In this document: one piece after another, positions 35,119 through 50,888 of the stretch
How the letters are laid out: every line of letters begins with the position of its first letter
Numbering within the stretch: position 1 is the stretch's first letter
Source: Ramazzottius varieornatus
Lineage: Eukaryota > Animalia > Tardigrada
Assembly: GCA_001949185.1 (NCBI GenBank)
Contig: BDGG01000004.1
Coordinates: 1,637,620 to 1,701,619 of the forward strand
DNA length: 64,000 nucleotides
Direction: 5' to 3'
Program-made: the position numbers and the translations under genes
The notes under the pieces: model-generated
The model's database searches: none
Told to the model about the DNA's origin: nothing
What the model saw: the letters and a program-made list of their open reading frames with translations, nothing else

Positions 35119-36394
35119 GGCGCTGTAAAACAGAACGACACGCTGTTTCCACTCAACCGACAAACAGTGATTGTCCGCGCAATGGGAGGGGATGTTCCAG
35201 GCAGCAACTTGTGATGAAGATGGCTTTTGATTTCGCAGGTCACGGCAGGTGTCAAAACTTCGAAGAATCATGAATCGAAGAGATACGGAGAAGCGGGGAA
35301 TTCGTGAAATCTCACGGTATGTCGCCCAGTCAGCGGTTACCGTGCGGAAAAAAGGAAATCAAATAATCAAGTAGCGATGGGCGGGTACGGCGTTCGGTGG
35401 TGTGGTATTTGGTTGAGCTAGTTCTAGTCAATATGCAGCGAAGACACGTTGAAGGCATAGTTCGCAAACCCTTGAAGACATGTCGACGGTAAAGTGCTGC
35501 GAAGGCAGAGCATAGCAAGCCATATTCAGCAGCTCGTCTATGTTCAAAGACTTGTCAAATGGCTACGCCCGTCTTCACTCTTCAGCAATCAAGTTAAACG
35601 AAACCGAAATTGCAAATTTCCGTGTCGTCATACCGGACGGTGACGTAGGACGCCACCGGTGACGACTGCAGGAACACATTCCGCTTATAGCGGGTCTGCG
35701 GCATCTTCGGGGTATTTGGGAACTAGATTTCCGCCTGTTAGTGTCAGACACAGTCTCCGCGTGTAGGGGGGGGGGGGGCTCATTTTTCGAACCTCAAAAA
35801 TCGAAGCTTCTTCTGAATCTTTTCGAGTTTATGTGATGTTGCCTTTTCCGATTCTCCGTAGTGGATCTGCTCCGGATTCTCGTATCAATGTGGGTTAGTT
35901 GCGACTTGCAAGATTCTGCCGTGACCCGATGAGCGAGGTTGATCAGTGATCACTTGGCAGGAAGGACGCAACAGCAGCAGGATTCTGACAGCAGTGAGAT
36001 ACGCCGCTGGAAGGTAGAAGACAGCGTCGAGCCTTGTACTGTTCCCTTTTCGACGCACATCAAAACCGTTTGAATTCGGGACAGACAGCCGATGTGGGTA
36101 GCAGCGTCGGTTGCAGCTTCTTGAAGTAAGTTCATGTAACACGGAACATGACTGTAACTCTGTCCTTTCTATGAAAGCGGTATCCACCAAACTATACTCT
36201 AATTTCGTCTTAATTATGCACACACGTGACGAGGGCGCGACGTGATTATGCCCGGAATGATATTATACAGTACCAAAACGTTTGGTACAGTACCAGTAAT
36301 TTTGGTACTGTACCAAAACGCCTAACGCGAAGCTAAGGGTGATATCGTTTTCCTTCGGTTTACAGGATACACAAGTCCTCAGAACTGCTGAGCC

Positions 36395-39300
36395 ATGGCT
36401 GAGGCCAAGTTAGCCGTAGCCTTCTCCTTCAATGTCTCCCACGAAGGAGTGACGCTGGACTACGACAAGGAACTGGTCAAGGAGCTGATGCACACAGCCA
36501 AACGGTCGTGGCGCTACCGCTTTATTCGCTTCTGGGTATTCTCTAATGAAAGTTACTTCTAGCATCTACTGAAAAAGAAGCAATACTTATATTTAATCTT
36601 TGTTTCAGAACAACATCAAGAATGTCGTCTTTCCGTTTACGATGCCGTCGATCGTTGCACTCATCGTACTTACCAGCTCCCTAACGGTGCACGATTATTT
36701 TAACATGAACATGGACCCGACGTTTGGGCTTGCGAAAAGACTGACAACGTTTGCTCCTTGGTGCGAGTCTCGTTACCAACTTCATTATTAGCTTGCGAGT
36801 TGCGAAAATTTCGCTTAGGGTTCTCGTTGCGCTTTAGGAACCTTCTTCCTGCTCGAGAGTCCCTTATCGTCAGCGTAGTCACGCTGAATACCATCGGATG
36901 GGCTGCCGTCATATTCCTCGTACGATGGTCCATCCAGATGCTCTTGCATTACCGCGGACTCATGTACGAACGCCGAGGCAAATATTCGTGGAAAACAAGG
37001 CTTTGGTTTGTAAGTAAACTGTCTGCCCTCTGCATCTATGGTTGCTGCTTAGTACTTTCTGTGTTTATGGAGTGGATTTATGTTGATGAGTTGTCATCCC
37101 TAGATCGCGATGAAGCTCCTTCAAGGGAATCGCAAGCCACAGCTTTACAGCTTTTCTGGCATGATGCCAATCTTGCCGCTCCCTCCGCTGAAGCAGACGA
37201 TGCGTCGTGTAAGAGAGTGGCGCCATCCAGCTGATTCAGTGTTGTGTCTAGAGTGTAGTTCTGACAGTATTTTGTGAATGGAATAATTATCTAGCAAATA
37301 TTTATATATTTCTGTAGTACCTTCGCTCAGTTCGCCCACTGCTGGATGACGAGGAATACACCCGAATGCTGAACCTTGCCATGGATTTCGAGAAGGGCCA
37401 TGGCCGGCGATTCCAACGATACCTTTATTTCAAGTGGCTTATCTCCACAAATTATGTAGGTCCGTACTGGAATTTATTTTTCAACTTTCGTCAGTGATTA
37501 CGGTCACTGGAAATGGTTTGTTACGTTATTCTTCAGGTTTCTGACTGGTGGGAAGAGTATGTCTACCTCCGCTCGCGGACGCCGATTATGGTCAACAGCA
37601 ACTTTTACGCCATGGTTCGTTATACGTGCTGAGCTCTTTGTGAATTTGGACGGGCGAATATGGTAGGTATTCTTTTAAAGGATACTTTGCTCTTTCGTGG
37701 AACGAAGAACCAAGCAGCTCGCGCCGCAAATCTGGTCTACTCACTCCTGACTTTTCGGAGGATGCTTCATCGGCAAGAAGTGACACCGGTAAGTACACTT
37801 TTTTCTTACCCGGCTTTTCTGTCGTTTGGGGTTACTCATAGTATGATCTTTTTCTGCAGTTGATGCTGGACTCACTGATACCGTTGGACTCGTGGCAGTA
37901 CCAAAGAACTTTTGATACCACACGTGTCCCGGGCATTGAAACCGATCGGGTAAGGCTGTTGGTGGTCTTTCGTCTTCTTGGTCTGTTCATCTTGTTTTGG
38001 TGTTTGAAGGTGTACCATTTCGACAACAGCACTCACATTGTTGCTCTTCACAAAGGTCGTTACTACAAAGTTCCTACCCACGGAAAAGGGCGTCTTCTGA
38101 ATCCCAAGGAACTTGAGCTGTTCGTTGACGATGTTGTCCCTGACGCACTTCATTGAACTGACGCACTTGATTCTTGCAGTCAGATGGAAAGGATCTTAGA
38201 AGACACTTCACCTCCACAACCGGGAGAGGCTATGCTTGCGGCGCTGACTGCCGGCGAGCGGTGAGTCTTGATCCGCTTGTACTTTTGGGTGTACTGCTGG
38301 CTTCATCGCCCTCTGTTTTTCTTTCAGGAAAACCTGGGCTCAAATGCGCAATTCGTACTTTACTCGGGGAGTCAACCGGGTTTCGCTTGAGACCATTGAA
38401 AGGGTAAGCTTCTCGTTGTTCCTTATTACCGAATGCTTTTCGACAGCCATTTCTGGGTTCAAGGGTGCGTTTTTCCTGTGCTTGGACGAAGAAGAGCACT
38501 ACTATCTGGAGGTAAGAACCCTTATCTGGTTCGGTACGACTCGTTGTATAAACGCTGAATTTCCAGACTGACGCGAGTAAGCTCGACGCCTACTGCAAAT
38601 GGCTCCTTCACGGAAATGGCCACAATCGGTGGTACGACAAATCTTTCAATGTGATTGTCATGGCCAACGGCAAGGTAGCTATCGTAATCTGTGCTTTCAC
38701 GTAGTTCTGAATTTCTAGTTTTACGTGGAAATGTCTTTTGCAGGCTGGCTTGAATGTTGAGCATTCGTGGGCGGACGCACCTGTTATCGGTCACGCCTGG
38801 GAGTGGGCGATTACGGAAGACCTGGGAGTCTTAGGTTACACTGAGGCCGGTCACACAAAAGGTATGATTGTGGCCAATCCTACTCCTCCACAGCGCCTGA
38901 GGTTCGAGCTGCACGAAGAGGTAAGAATCTACAGAATTGGCTTTACTGCATGGTTTGTTATCAGCTAAAATGTTCAAAGTTTTTAGTGTTTGACCGAAAT
39001 TGCCCACAGCTACACAGTGGCTAAAGAGCTGTGCGACGATGTGGACCTTGTGGTTCTGATGTTCCAAGACTATGGCAAAGGTTTCATGAAGGCATGCAAA
39101 GTCAGTCCCGATGCGTACATCCAGCTTGCCTTACAGCTGGCGTACCGGAGGGTAAAGAAGTTCTTCGGCTTATATAGATTGACGCGACTGAGGCTTGTGC
39201 TTGCTGATCTAACTGAGCAATTTTTCCTCAGGACGCTGGTCGGTTCCATCTGACTTATGAAGCTTCGATGACTCGTCTTTTCCGTGAAGGTCGCACGGAA

Positions 39301-40196
39301 ACTGTCCGTCCATGCACAATCGAGTCAACAGCCTTCGTCATGTCGATGTTCGACAGGACGCCGGTAAGCTGCTATGAAACTATGCCCTGCGTCTCGCGCT
39401 TTGAGTATGGCGTTCAGCTGTCTGTTTGGTGGCTATAGGTTGAAGAGCGGATAAGACTGTTGCGTAAGGCATGTGAAGTCCATCAGAATAGTTACTTGGA
39501 TGCGATGTGTGGGAAGGGCATCGACCGTCACCTGTTTTGCCTTTACGTCGTGTCCAAGTACCTCGAAGTCGAGTCGCCTTTCTTGGGAGAGGTTCTCAGC
39601 GAACCGTGGCGCTTGTCGACAAGTCAAGTAAGTTGGTCCTCACCGGCAGTCTCCATTCCTTGGTCTGTTGTGACTGAAAATTGTCCGGTGAATTTCTCTT
39701 CTTGAATGATGCTACTTACTACTGTTCGCTTTCTTGTCCTTACAGACACCACAAACTCAGACGGGAAGGACAGATGTGACGAAGCGACCAGAGGAAATCT
39801 CACCAGGCGGAGGATTCGGACCTGTGGCGGACGATGGCTATGGCGTTTCTTACATCATTTCAGGGGTGAGAGATCGTAACGATGTTTGCAAGCGTTTGAT
39901 TATAACTGATCGTAACGCCCGTAATGTATTTCAGGAGAACGTTCTTTTCTTCCACATTAGCAGCAAGAAATCCTCAACGCAAACCGTAAGTGAATTCGAA
40001 CGTTTGTTTTATCGGTACACGTGTAATACACAATGTCATGTACAGTAATTTGGAGTCATCGGACAACGTTTTGTGCTTGCAGAGTTCGGACAGATTTCGA
40101 AAAGCCATCCGACAGGCGCTGTTGGACATCAGAGCACTTTTCGAGCCTAATGCAGACAAACGCGAATCTCCACAAATACTTGCTCTTTTTTCATGA
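36395..40196 (+). CDS. CPT1: Carnitine O-palmitoyltransferase 1, copy A
   Basis: [102 protein letters not shown]. Confidence 0.95.
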
Positions 40197-40949
40197 TTTG
40201 TAATTATGATTGACAAATTCGGCGGCAGATGTCCGCCTTGCCTAAATTGTGCTGATAGTGTGGTCTCTGTGTTTGGTTTTATTCGAAGTTTTTCGAGCTA
40301 TGGTGCTTTTGCTTATAGTGATTCTATTAGTTACAGACAACGGACTGCCGCACGATTGGGGTTTATTAAGTTATGAAGTATACATTCTGGAAAACGAATA
40401 CGTACGTGGCGCAGCGCCGAAGTCGCCGGCTGGGTCCTGAACACTTAAAGTCGAAGCAAACGTCGAAGTAATGCGAGATGACGTCATCCATAAGGCCACG
40501 CACAATGGCCGGACTGTTTGCTTCAGGCCATTCCAAAATCCAAACCACCAAGTTCCGCTGATCTTTTCGCCCTCGTCGCGATCTCGTCCCTTTTTTGCCG
40601 CTTTCACTCTTCAGAGCAGAGAGTGAAGTTTGCGTTCGCATCCGCCGAAACATTTCCGGATCAAATGATCGACTGTACTACTCCATTGTGAATACTGCAG
40701 AGGTAAGGAGATTCCGATAAACCTAACGTATTTCTATGTTTTGGTCTGGATGCGTAGGAGGACGAAAGTACTTTACTGCTTACAGGGACTGCAAGAAGAA
40801 CACCCAGAACGATAAGCCTGTTCACCAGGGTTCTGTAGCGCAACAGCGCATTGTTGCAACATACAATCCGCCAGCTGGGTTTCCGTCGGAAGTGAAATTG
40901 AGTCGTTTAGCATCGTCGGCAGTCGACTCGTTCCTACCTCGAATCCACC

Positions 40950-43900
40950 ATGGCCGAAGCGCATGCTGCCGTTGCATTCCAGTTCAATGTTTCGCGACAT
41001 GGACTGACGGTGGACTACGATAAAGAAATTCTGCGAGAGCTAATCCACTCAACGAAACGGTCATGGCGATATCGGCTAATTCGCTTTCTGGTAAGTGTTA
41101 ATTATGTGAATGGACAGGAACATGTGATAGAAACCTCCTGTTGCAGACTAACCTAACGCTATTATTCTTGCAATGCAGAACAGAATCCGCAACATGGTCT
41201 TCCCCTTCACCGTTCCCTCCGTCTTGGCGCTCATAGCATTAACCAGCTCCTTGACGCTGTCGGACTATTTTGATCCGCTGTCCGGATACGCGCGACGATT
41301 ACATGCCCTTGTGCCATGGTATGATGCAGTGCTGCATAAAAACTGCCCGGCTGCATTTGTATCCCTTGAGAATTTAGCTTAGCGAAAAACTATCAATGCT
41401 GACTGTTTTTCCCTGCAGGCGGATTTCTGCTCTTTATCCCAAGCAATCGTACATCGTGACAACGGTGTCGGCTTGCGCTGCTGCTGTTGGCGTAGTTGTC
41501 TTCCTTACACGGTTCTTCCTGGAGAAGTTACTCCATTACCGGGGAGCACTAAGGGAGCGTCGCGGGAAATACTCATGGAGAACCAAGCTGTGGTTTGTAA
41601 GTTGCGCTTTTACGACTTCCGGCTTAATGTCTTACTGGCATCTCCCGCGAATATTGAACTGTTCTTGCTTTGATAGATCTGGATGAAAGTCGTTCAAGGA
41701 AATAGCACGCCGCGGCTGTACAGCTATCAAGATATCATGCCAGTGCTGCCACTCCCTTCGCTGAGGGACACCATCCCAAAGGTGAGCATGTTTCGACGGC
41801 TGTCACGATGAAGATTCTTCGCCGACTTTTGACTAGTGTTTCCGTCTTTGCACTTTAGTACTTGAGATCGATGCGCCCATTGCTCGATGACGAGAAGTAT
41901 GAAAGAATGGTCCAACTGGCGGCTGACTTCCAAAATGGTCAGGGACGGCGGTTCCAGAGATATCTAATTATGAAGTGGCTGTTCTCCACCAACTACGTGC
42001 GTATCATTCGACTACTGTCCGGCAGAGCAGTTATGAGATGCTCGTGAGGAGTACATTTTGCGTTGCAGGTGTCCGACTGGTGGGAGGAGTACGTTTATCT
42101 GCGAGGTCGCGGGCCTCTGTTAATCAACAGCAACTGCTACGCAATGGTACGAAACTTTTGCAGAGTGGGAGACCTTTGACCGTTTGGGATGTTGGGACTA
42201 CGGGTCGGCTGGACATACGGGCCACATTTTGTGCTGTGGGCATTACAGTGGAACACCATTCATGGCACGGCACAAAACTTGGCACGTATGTTCCCACTGA
42301 TCGGTAGATCAAAGTAATTTTCGAGCAAGCTGGGTTACAGCGATATTTTGGAAGGATGCTTTGCACGAAAGAGGATCGAAGCGTCAAGCTGCACGAGCGG
42401 CTAACCTGACCCATGCTCTTCTAAAGATGCGAAGGATGATCAACCAGGAAGACGTGATGCCGGTATAGAAACCGTTCCTCGCACTGAGGCTAAATGACGG
42501 TGCATGATATCTCTGTCTTTTCAGCTGATGTTGGACAAGATGATTCCGCTCGACTCGTTCCAGTACCCTAGAACTTTCGACACATGTCGTATTCCGGGAC
42601 GTGAAACCGGTGGGTCGATTTCGAACTTTAGTTGCGTCCAAAGGAATTTACCTGGACGTTGTTCCTTCAGACAAGCATGTCCATTACGACAGCAGCACCC
42701 ACGTGGTAGTTTTTAACAGAGGACGCTATTTCTGGGTTCCCACACATACCATTTCCGGACGCCTTCTGAACCCCAAAGAGCTGGAAATGTAGGTGCACAA
42801 TTCGGACTTTAGTTCTTTGGCGTTGTACTCCTGTCGTTAGTTTTGTTTTGGTGCAGGCAGTTTGACCGAGTATTGCAAGATTCTAGCAAAGCGCGAGAAG
42901 GGGAAGAACTGGTAGCTGCTCTAACGGCTGGAGACCGGTACAATTGTGACATCAACTGCCCCGAGTGAGTAGCAATTATTGGCTATTGTTCACTACCTTT
43001 TCAGGGTATTGTGGGCTGAAGCAAGAGAACGGTATTTCTCCCGAGGACCAAACCGTGTGTCTTTGGAAACGATAGAACGCGTAAGTTTGAATATTTGACG
43101 TGGTAGACCAGCATACGGACGAACCCGTCGCATGACCCGATTTTGTAGGCCGCTTTCTACCTGGTTCTGGACGAAGAGGAAGATTATTACTTCGATGCGG
43201 TAATCGGATCGTTTTTGGATTAATTCCAGTGACTATTTACCTTAAAGCTGTGGTTCAATTTAGAGCGATCCTTCTCGCCTGGACGACTACTGCAAATGGT
43301 TGCTACAAGGTGCCTGCAAGGAAAACAGCTGCAAACTGTGGTGCGATAAGTCCTTCAGTTTGCTGATCATGAAAAACGGTTTGGTAAGTGGCAGGTCTCA
43401 TAGTCATGAAACGAAGCTATAAGAAAAGCGTTTAGATGTGCTTGAATCAGGACATTCACATTTTTTAGGCAGGAGTGAACTTTGAACATTCATGGGGCGA
43501 TGGACTTGTGGCTGGTCATATTTGGTAAGATTATTCAAGAAAAAGCAATGTACCTGTCTTCCTAACGTATGGCTTCGGGTTTTCAGGGAATGGGCTCTTA
43601 CGGAAGATCTCGGCGTACTACAGTAAGGCTTAAATTTTTCGTCGTAAGAACAATATAATTCTTCATGCCGGGCGATTTGCAGATACGACGCCGATGGTCA
43701 TACCAGAGGGAGCATCGAGACTGTTCCGCAACAGCCTCAGAGGCTGAAATTTGAATTATCGGAAGAGGTAAGAAACGATACATTCAATGAAATACAAATT
43801 AATGCGAATGTAGGTGTGTTGTTGATCACCTGTGTTCCGAGCCGCCGTGATTTCACTGATGAATGATCTCGTAGTGCCTCTTGTCAATCAACAAAAGCTT

Positions 43901-44981
43901 CAAAACCGCGAGGAGCCTTTGCGACGACCTCGACCTGCGAGTACTGATGTTCAACGATTACGGCAAAGGCTTCATGAAGACGTGCAAAGTCAGTCCGGAC
44001 GCATATATTCAGCTTGCTTTGCAGCTTGCGTACAGACGGGTGAGCTTTCCGATATCATTGTCTTATCTAATACTATAGTATCAAAGATGCTCAAACAACT
44101 GCTTACCGTACAGGATGCGGGAAATTACTGCCAGACGTACGAAGCAACTACAGCTCGACTTTTCCGCGAAGGTCGTACGGAGACTGTTCGCCCTTGCACG
44201 ATCGAGTCGAAAGCTTTTGTAGAAGCCATGCTGAATGAGAATGCTACTGTACGTCGGTCCGAGATTCACCGGTTCACGATTTGTCAGCTTAGGGGATTTT
44301 AATAAGGTACATTTCAATTTCATACTTTAGAATGCGGAACGCCAGCGTCTGTTGAGAATAGCTTCTGAGGTCCACACAGCTGGGTACATGGATTCCATGT
44401 GCGGCAAAGGCGTCGACCGACATCTGTTTTGTCTTTACGTCGTATCGAAGTACCTTGCCGTCGAGTCTCCCTTCCTGAAAGACGTGATAAGTGAACCGTG
44501 GCGTCTGTCCACTAGTCAGGTACATGACACGATTGAGCCTTTAATGATCATCCCTAGCTTGATCTGATGCTCTACTTTTTCTACAGACTCCTCAAAATCA
44601 AACTGGTCGATTGGATCCGACAAGGCATCCTGAACAGGTGGCACCAGGAGGCGGTTTTGGACCGGTAAGGATACTTGCTGGTCTTCGTATTGGGCTTAGG
44701 GGAAGTTGTAAATTGTTTATCCGCATAGGTTGCGGATGATGGGTACGGTGTTTGTTATTTCATTTCCGGCGATGCGGTGTTGTTCTTCCACGTTACCTGC
44801 AAAATCTCCTCCGAGAAAACGGTACGAGTGCTTGTTTTTCTTGCGTGGTGCTTGAGGTTTTTTTGACTAGTCCATTCTACAGGATGCCAACCGGTTCCGC
44901 GAGATGATTCGGTCAAGTTTACACCTCATGGCGGACATTTTTAAAGAAGAACCCGCTCGGGACAAAGCTCCCTTAGTGTAG
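40950..44981 (+). CDS. CPT1: Carnitine O-palmitoyltransferase 1, copy B (divergent regulatory residues)
   Basis: [75 protein letters not shown]|VADDGYG; no disabling stop seen in the exons read. Confidence 0.93.
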
Positions 44982-45374
44982 TCAGCTTCTGCATTCTGCA
45001 CTTTGTTAGGTAAATCCTGTGTTCGTACTTTATCGAAGTTTCAATATGGCTACTTTTTCGCATGGTGCGACACGCCTTAGCTGTGCTCTTTTATGGTTAA
45101 AAATTATATTGACTGCGTGCTGGGCAAAGGAATGCTTGGCTGCTGGGAGCCTGAACAAAGAGAAAGTTCGGGGAGGAGACGGTATACAGTGAACGTGTCG
45201 TCAATTACAAGGACATTAGTTCTTGCAACCGTGTGACACGCACTGCGATGCGGAAGCTCAGACGGTAGATTCACGAAGACGAAAATAGTGAGACGCCAAA
45301 TCTGAAAATGGTTCCATAAGTACCCACTCTTGCTGAGAAGGAGCCTTGAGGCATTCAGTCCTATGGGCGGGCGT

Positions 45375-46495
45375 TCATAGTAAGGACAGCTTCGAAACAC
45401 CACAACTGCAGCTGATTGGGACCTGTCGACGAACAATAATCTGAAGTTCTTTCCGAACTCGCGGGTTCGTCAGTTCGACTTACCTGAATCCAGTCCCAGT
45501 CAAACTGCTCTACTGGCAGGCGCCGTATTAATGCCATGACGTAGCCTCGCTAAGATAAGTTCATAAGGTGCGCGAGTCAGAAGCGTGACATGTACTCTGC
45601 GCACTAACCTTTGTCAAGCACTTGCTACGGTACAAAAAAGATGTGCCGGAACATGGCTGGTCCTCCACATCGTGCGCGCATCTCGTCGAGTAGAAGAACT
45701 GCCAACCGTTTTAAACATATGTATTTTTAAAAAATTCATGATGTCCATCGTGTAAAAAAAGGATCACCTGCCGCTTGCTCCGTACCTGAGCACCCAGCCT
45801 GGTCTCCTCGTCGCCATCGCTGGGCTGTGAAACACAGCAAGTACATCTTCATCGAGTCTTGTTAGAAGAGTAGTGATCTCGCTGTCAAATACCTGGAATA
45901 TTTCCACTTCGTTATCATGAATGTCTCTGCTTTTATTCAGCGTTATCCATTCCGTTACGGAAGGACAGGCTTCTGTCAAAGGATGTTCAAGCATCCGCTT
46001 TCCCGGCGTAACACGTTCACGCGTTTGGGCAGGGTCAACAGGGGTGGTCGGAGACCAAGAACTCGAAACCACTGGAGAATGAGCGCCCTGTTCCTCAACA
46101 GCGAGATCTGGCGGGTGTGACGCTACCGCTAGGCGGCTGACAAAGAGTAGAGGATGCTCGCGTAAACGATTGTACAGACCACGAAGCCGATGTAAAAACT
46201 GTTCTTCTGCAAAACGCAAAGTTCTCCAAATTGACCAGTATAAGGTCCAAGCTTACAGTACACGTTCTCACACTTACGAGCGGCAGGAAGGTCTTCCCTG
46301 GCCACGTACTCTTCGGATCGTGTCATGACACGGAAGTCGTTCGTTGGCGTCGCTAGAGGATTCACGAGAGACTCAAGTTGCTTACACATCCGTTCAAAAC
46401 AAGTGAGAGCGTTTGTAGTACATACCTCCATGCGTCTGGAACAAACATATCAACAAAAGACCGGAACCGATAGTATAGTTCCAAAAGCGAATCAT
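45375..46495 (-). CDS. Neurotrophin (NGF-family cystine knot) precursor, 7 exons
   Basis: Signal peptide MIRFWNYTIGSGLLLICLFQTHG; pro-region ending GKR; mature ACPSVTEWITLNKSRDIHDNEVEI...QFFYSTRC...PCSG...YRSKCLTKRGYVMALI...WDWIQVPISCSC (six Cys). Confidence 0.82.
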
Positions 46496-47238
46496 TGCTG
46501 CAGTCTTCTAATTCTCCGCGTGTGACGGGAGAAGTATGGAATACACTGTAGCGAGCCTAACGCCATTCAATAAAACATACTGTAAAACGCAACCAGATCC
46601 TCTCACATCTTCGGCGCTTCGAAACTGAACGTTAAAAACCGAACATTGTGAACGAGTTGACAATCTTTTATCCTGCATGGTCCGCACGCCCTTCTAACAA
46701 ATTAGGTGTGTACAGATCCATCAGAAACCAGCCCACATACTACAATGCTTCATGACGTAAGCACCTAGCCTCGCAAGAAAAGGACTGCTGTGACAAATTA
46801 AGATTCATCTCTCCCGGAGCGCTTCAAAATCGCAAATAATTTGCTCTTAATCTGAGGCTCACATCACTTCGTCATCGACCATTGTAGTAAACTGCGTCTC
46901 AGCATCGGAGTCAAATTTGTTTCTTCCACAGAACAATGTCAGGAATAGACCACCAAGATTGTACTTGACGTCCTTGCTACCCACGCCCAGCCGTTGATGA
47001 ACTCTGAACTTGTGAATTACAGTCAGAAAAGTTATGTGTTTCCACAAAATAAATCGGGCTGCACTGCAGAATAAGATGACTTCCGCCTACTGTACAGACG
47101 CCTACCCCAGTTCTTTTTTGGTTTGAAACTTGCGAAATTTATGAAAGATCCAAAATTATATAACGTTCGAACACCAAATCGATAATACGGCAATACGCAA
47201 ACTGCAGTTTAAAATATAATAAAAATACCGCAATGCAG

Positions 47239-50336
<3,098 letters not shown>

Positions 50337-50888
50337 GGTGAGGCAAACTGGAGGTACGCTATAATATGATCCCTACCACAGCTGCTGTGGCTCAACAGAT
50401 TCAAAATGGCAATGAAAAGGACAGGTCTCAATCAATCCTTGGTCCGGGAACTTGTGCTCCGTAACGGACACGTCCCGGCGTCTAGGCTCCAGAGCGTCAG
50501 AATTCTGCAACGATGATGAGATGAGGAGGATCTTTGAAACGGAAACTGTGTGGGAAGCGGGATCACGGTGACACATTCATTTCACGCAGAACGATCAAGA
50601 TTCAAAAACGGAGGGAAAAGCAAAACAATTAAACAAAGCAGCTGGCCGCAACAGGGCCGTGCCCTGCTTACCTTCATTTTTCTGGGGCTCGCGCCGTGAT
50701 TCCCTTCAGCTGGAACTTAATGGCACGGATCGGCTGGGACCGGAAATGGTGGAAAAACGACCACCCTAAATGGCTCTGATATACAAGAGGTGGAAATTCC
50801 CATCCTGGAAGAACAGGGTGGGAACGCCAGGATGGAAAGCTGGGAGCAAGGGTCAGGGTGGATTTACCGTTCTTCCGTGACATCAAAC

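Larger units (their letters stand above)
29586..35542. mobile_element. 5957-bp TIR DNA transposon (Mutator-like) with two convergent spliced genes
   Basis: Perfect 24-bp TIR CATAGACGAGCTGCTGAATATGGC (29586-29609 / 35519-35542); 8-bp TSD TTCAAAAA / TTCAAAGA; inner inverted repeat 30363-30434 / 35450-35521 (65/72). Confidence 0.88.

Noticed and set aside
34460-35128. 222-aa hydrophobic plus-strand ORF
   Set aside because: Antisense shadow of the spliced chromo-barrel gene; no independent motif
36395-44981. CPT1 duplication as an assembly artefact
   Set aside because: The copies differ widely in coding sequence, introns and intron positions
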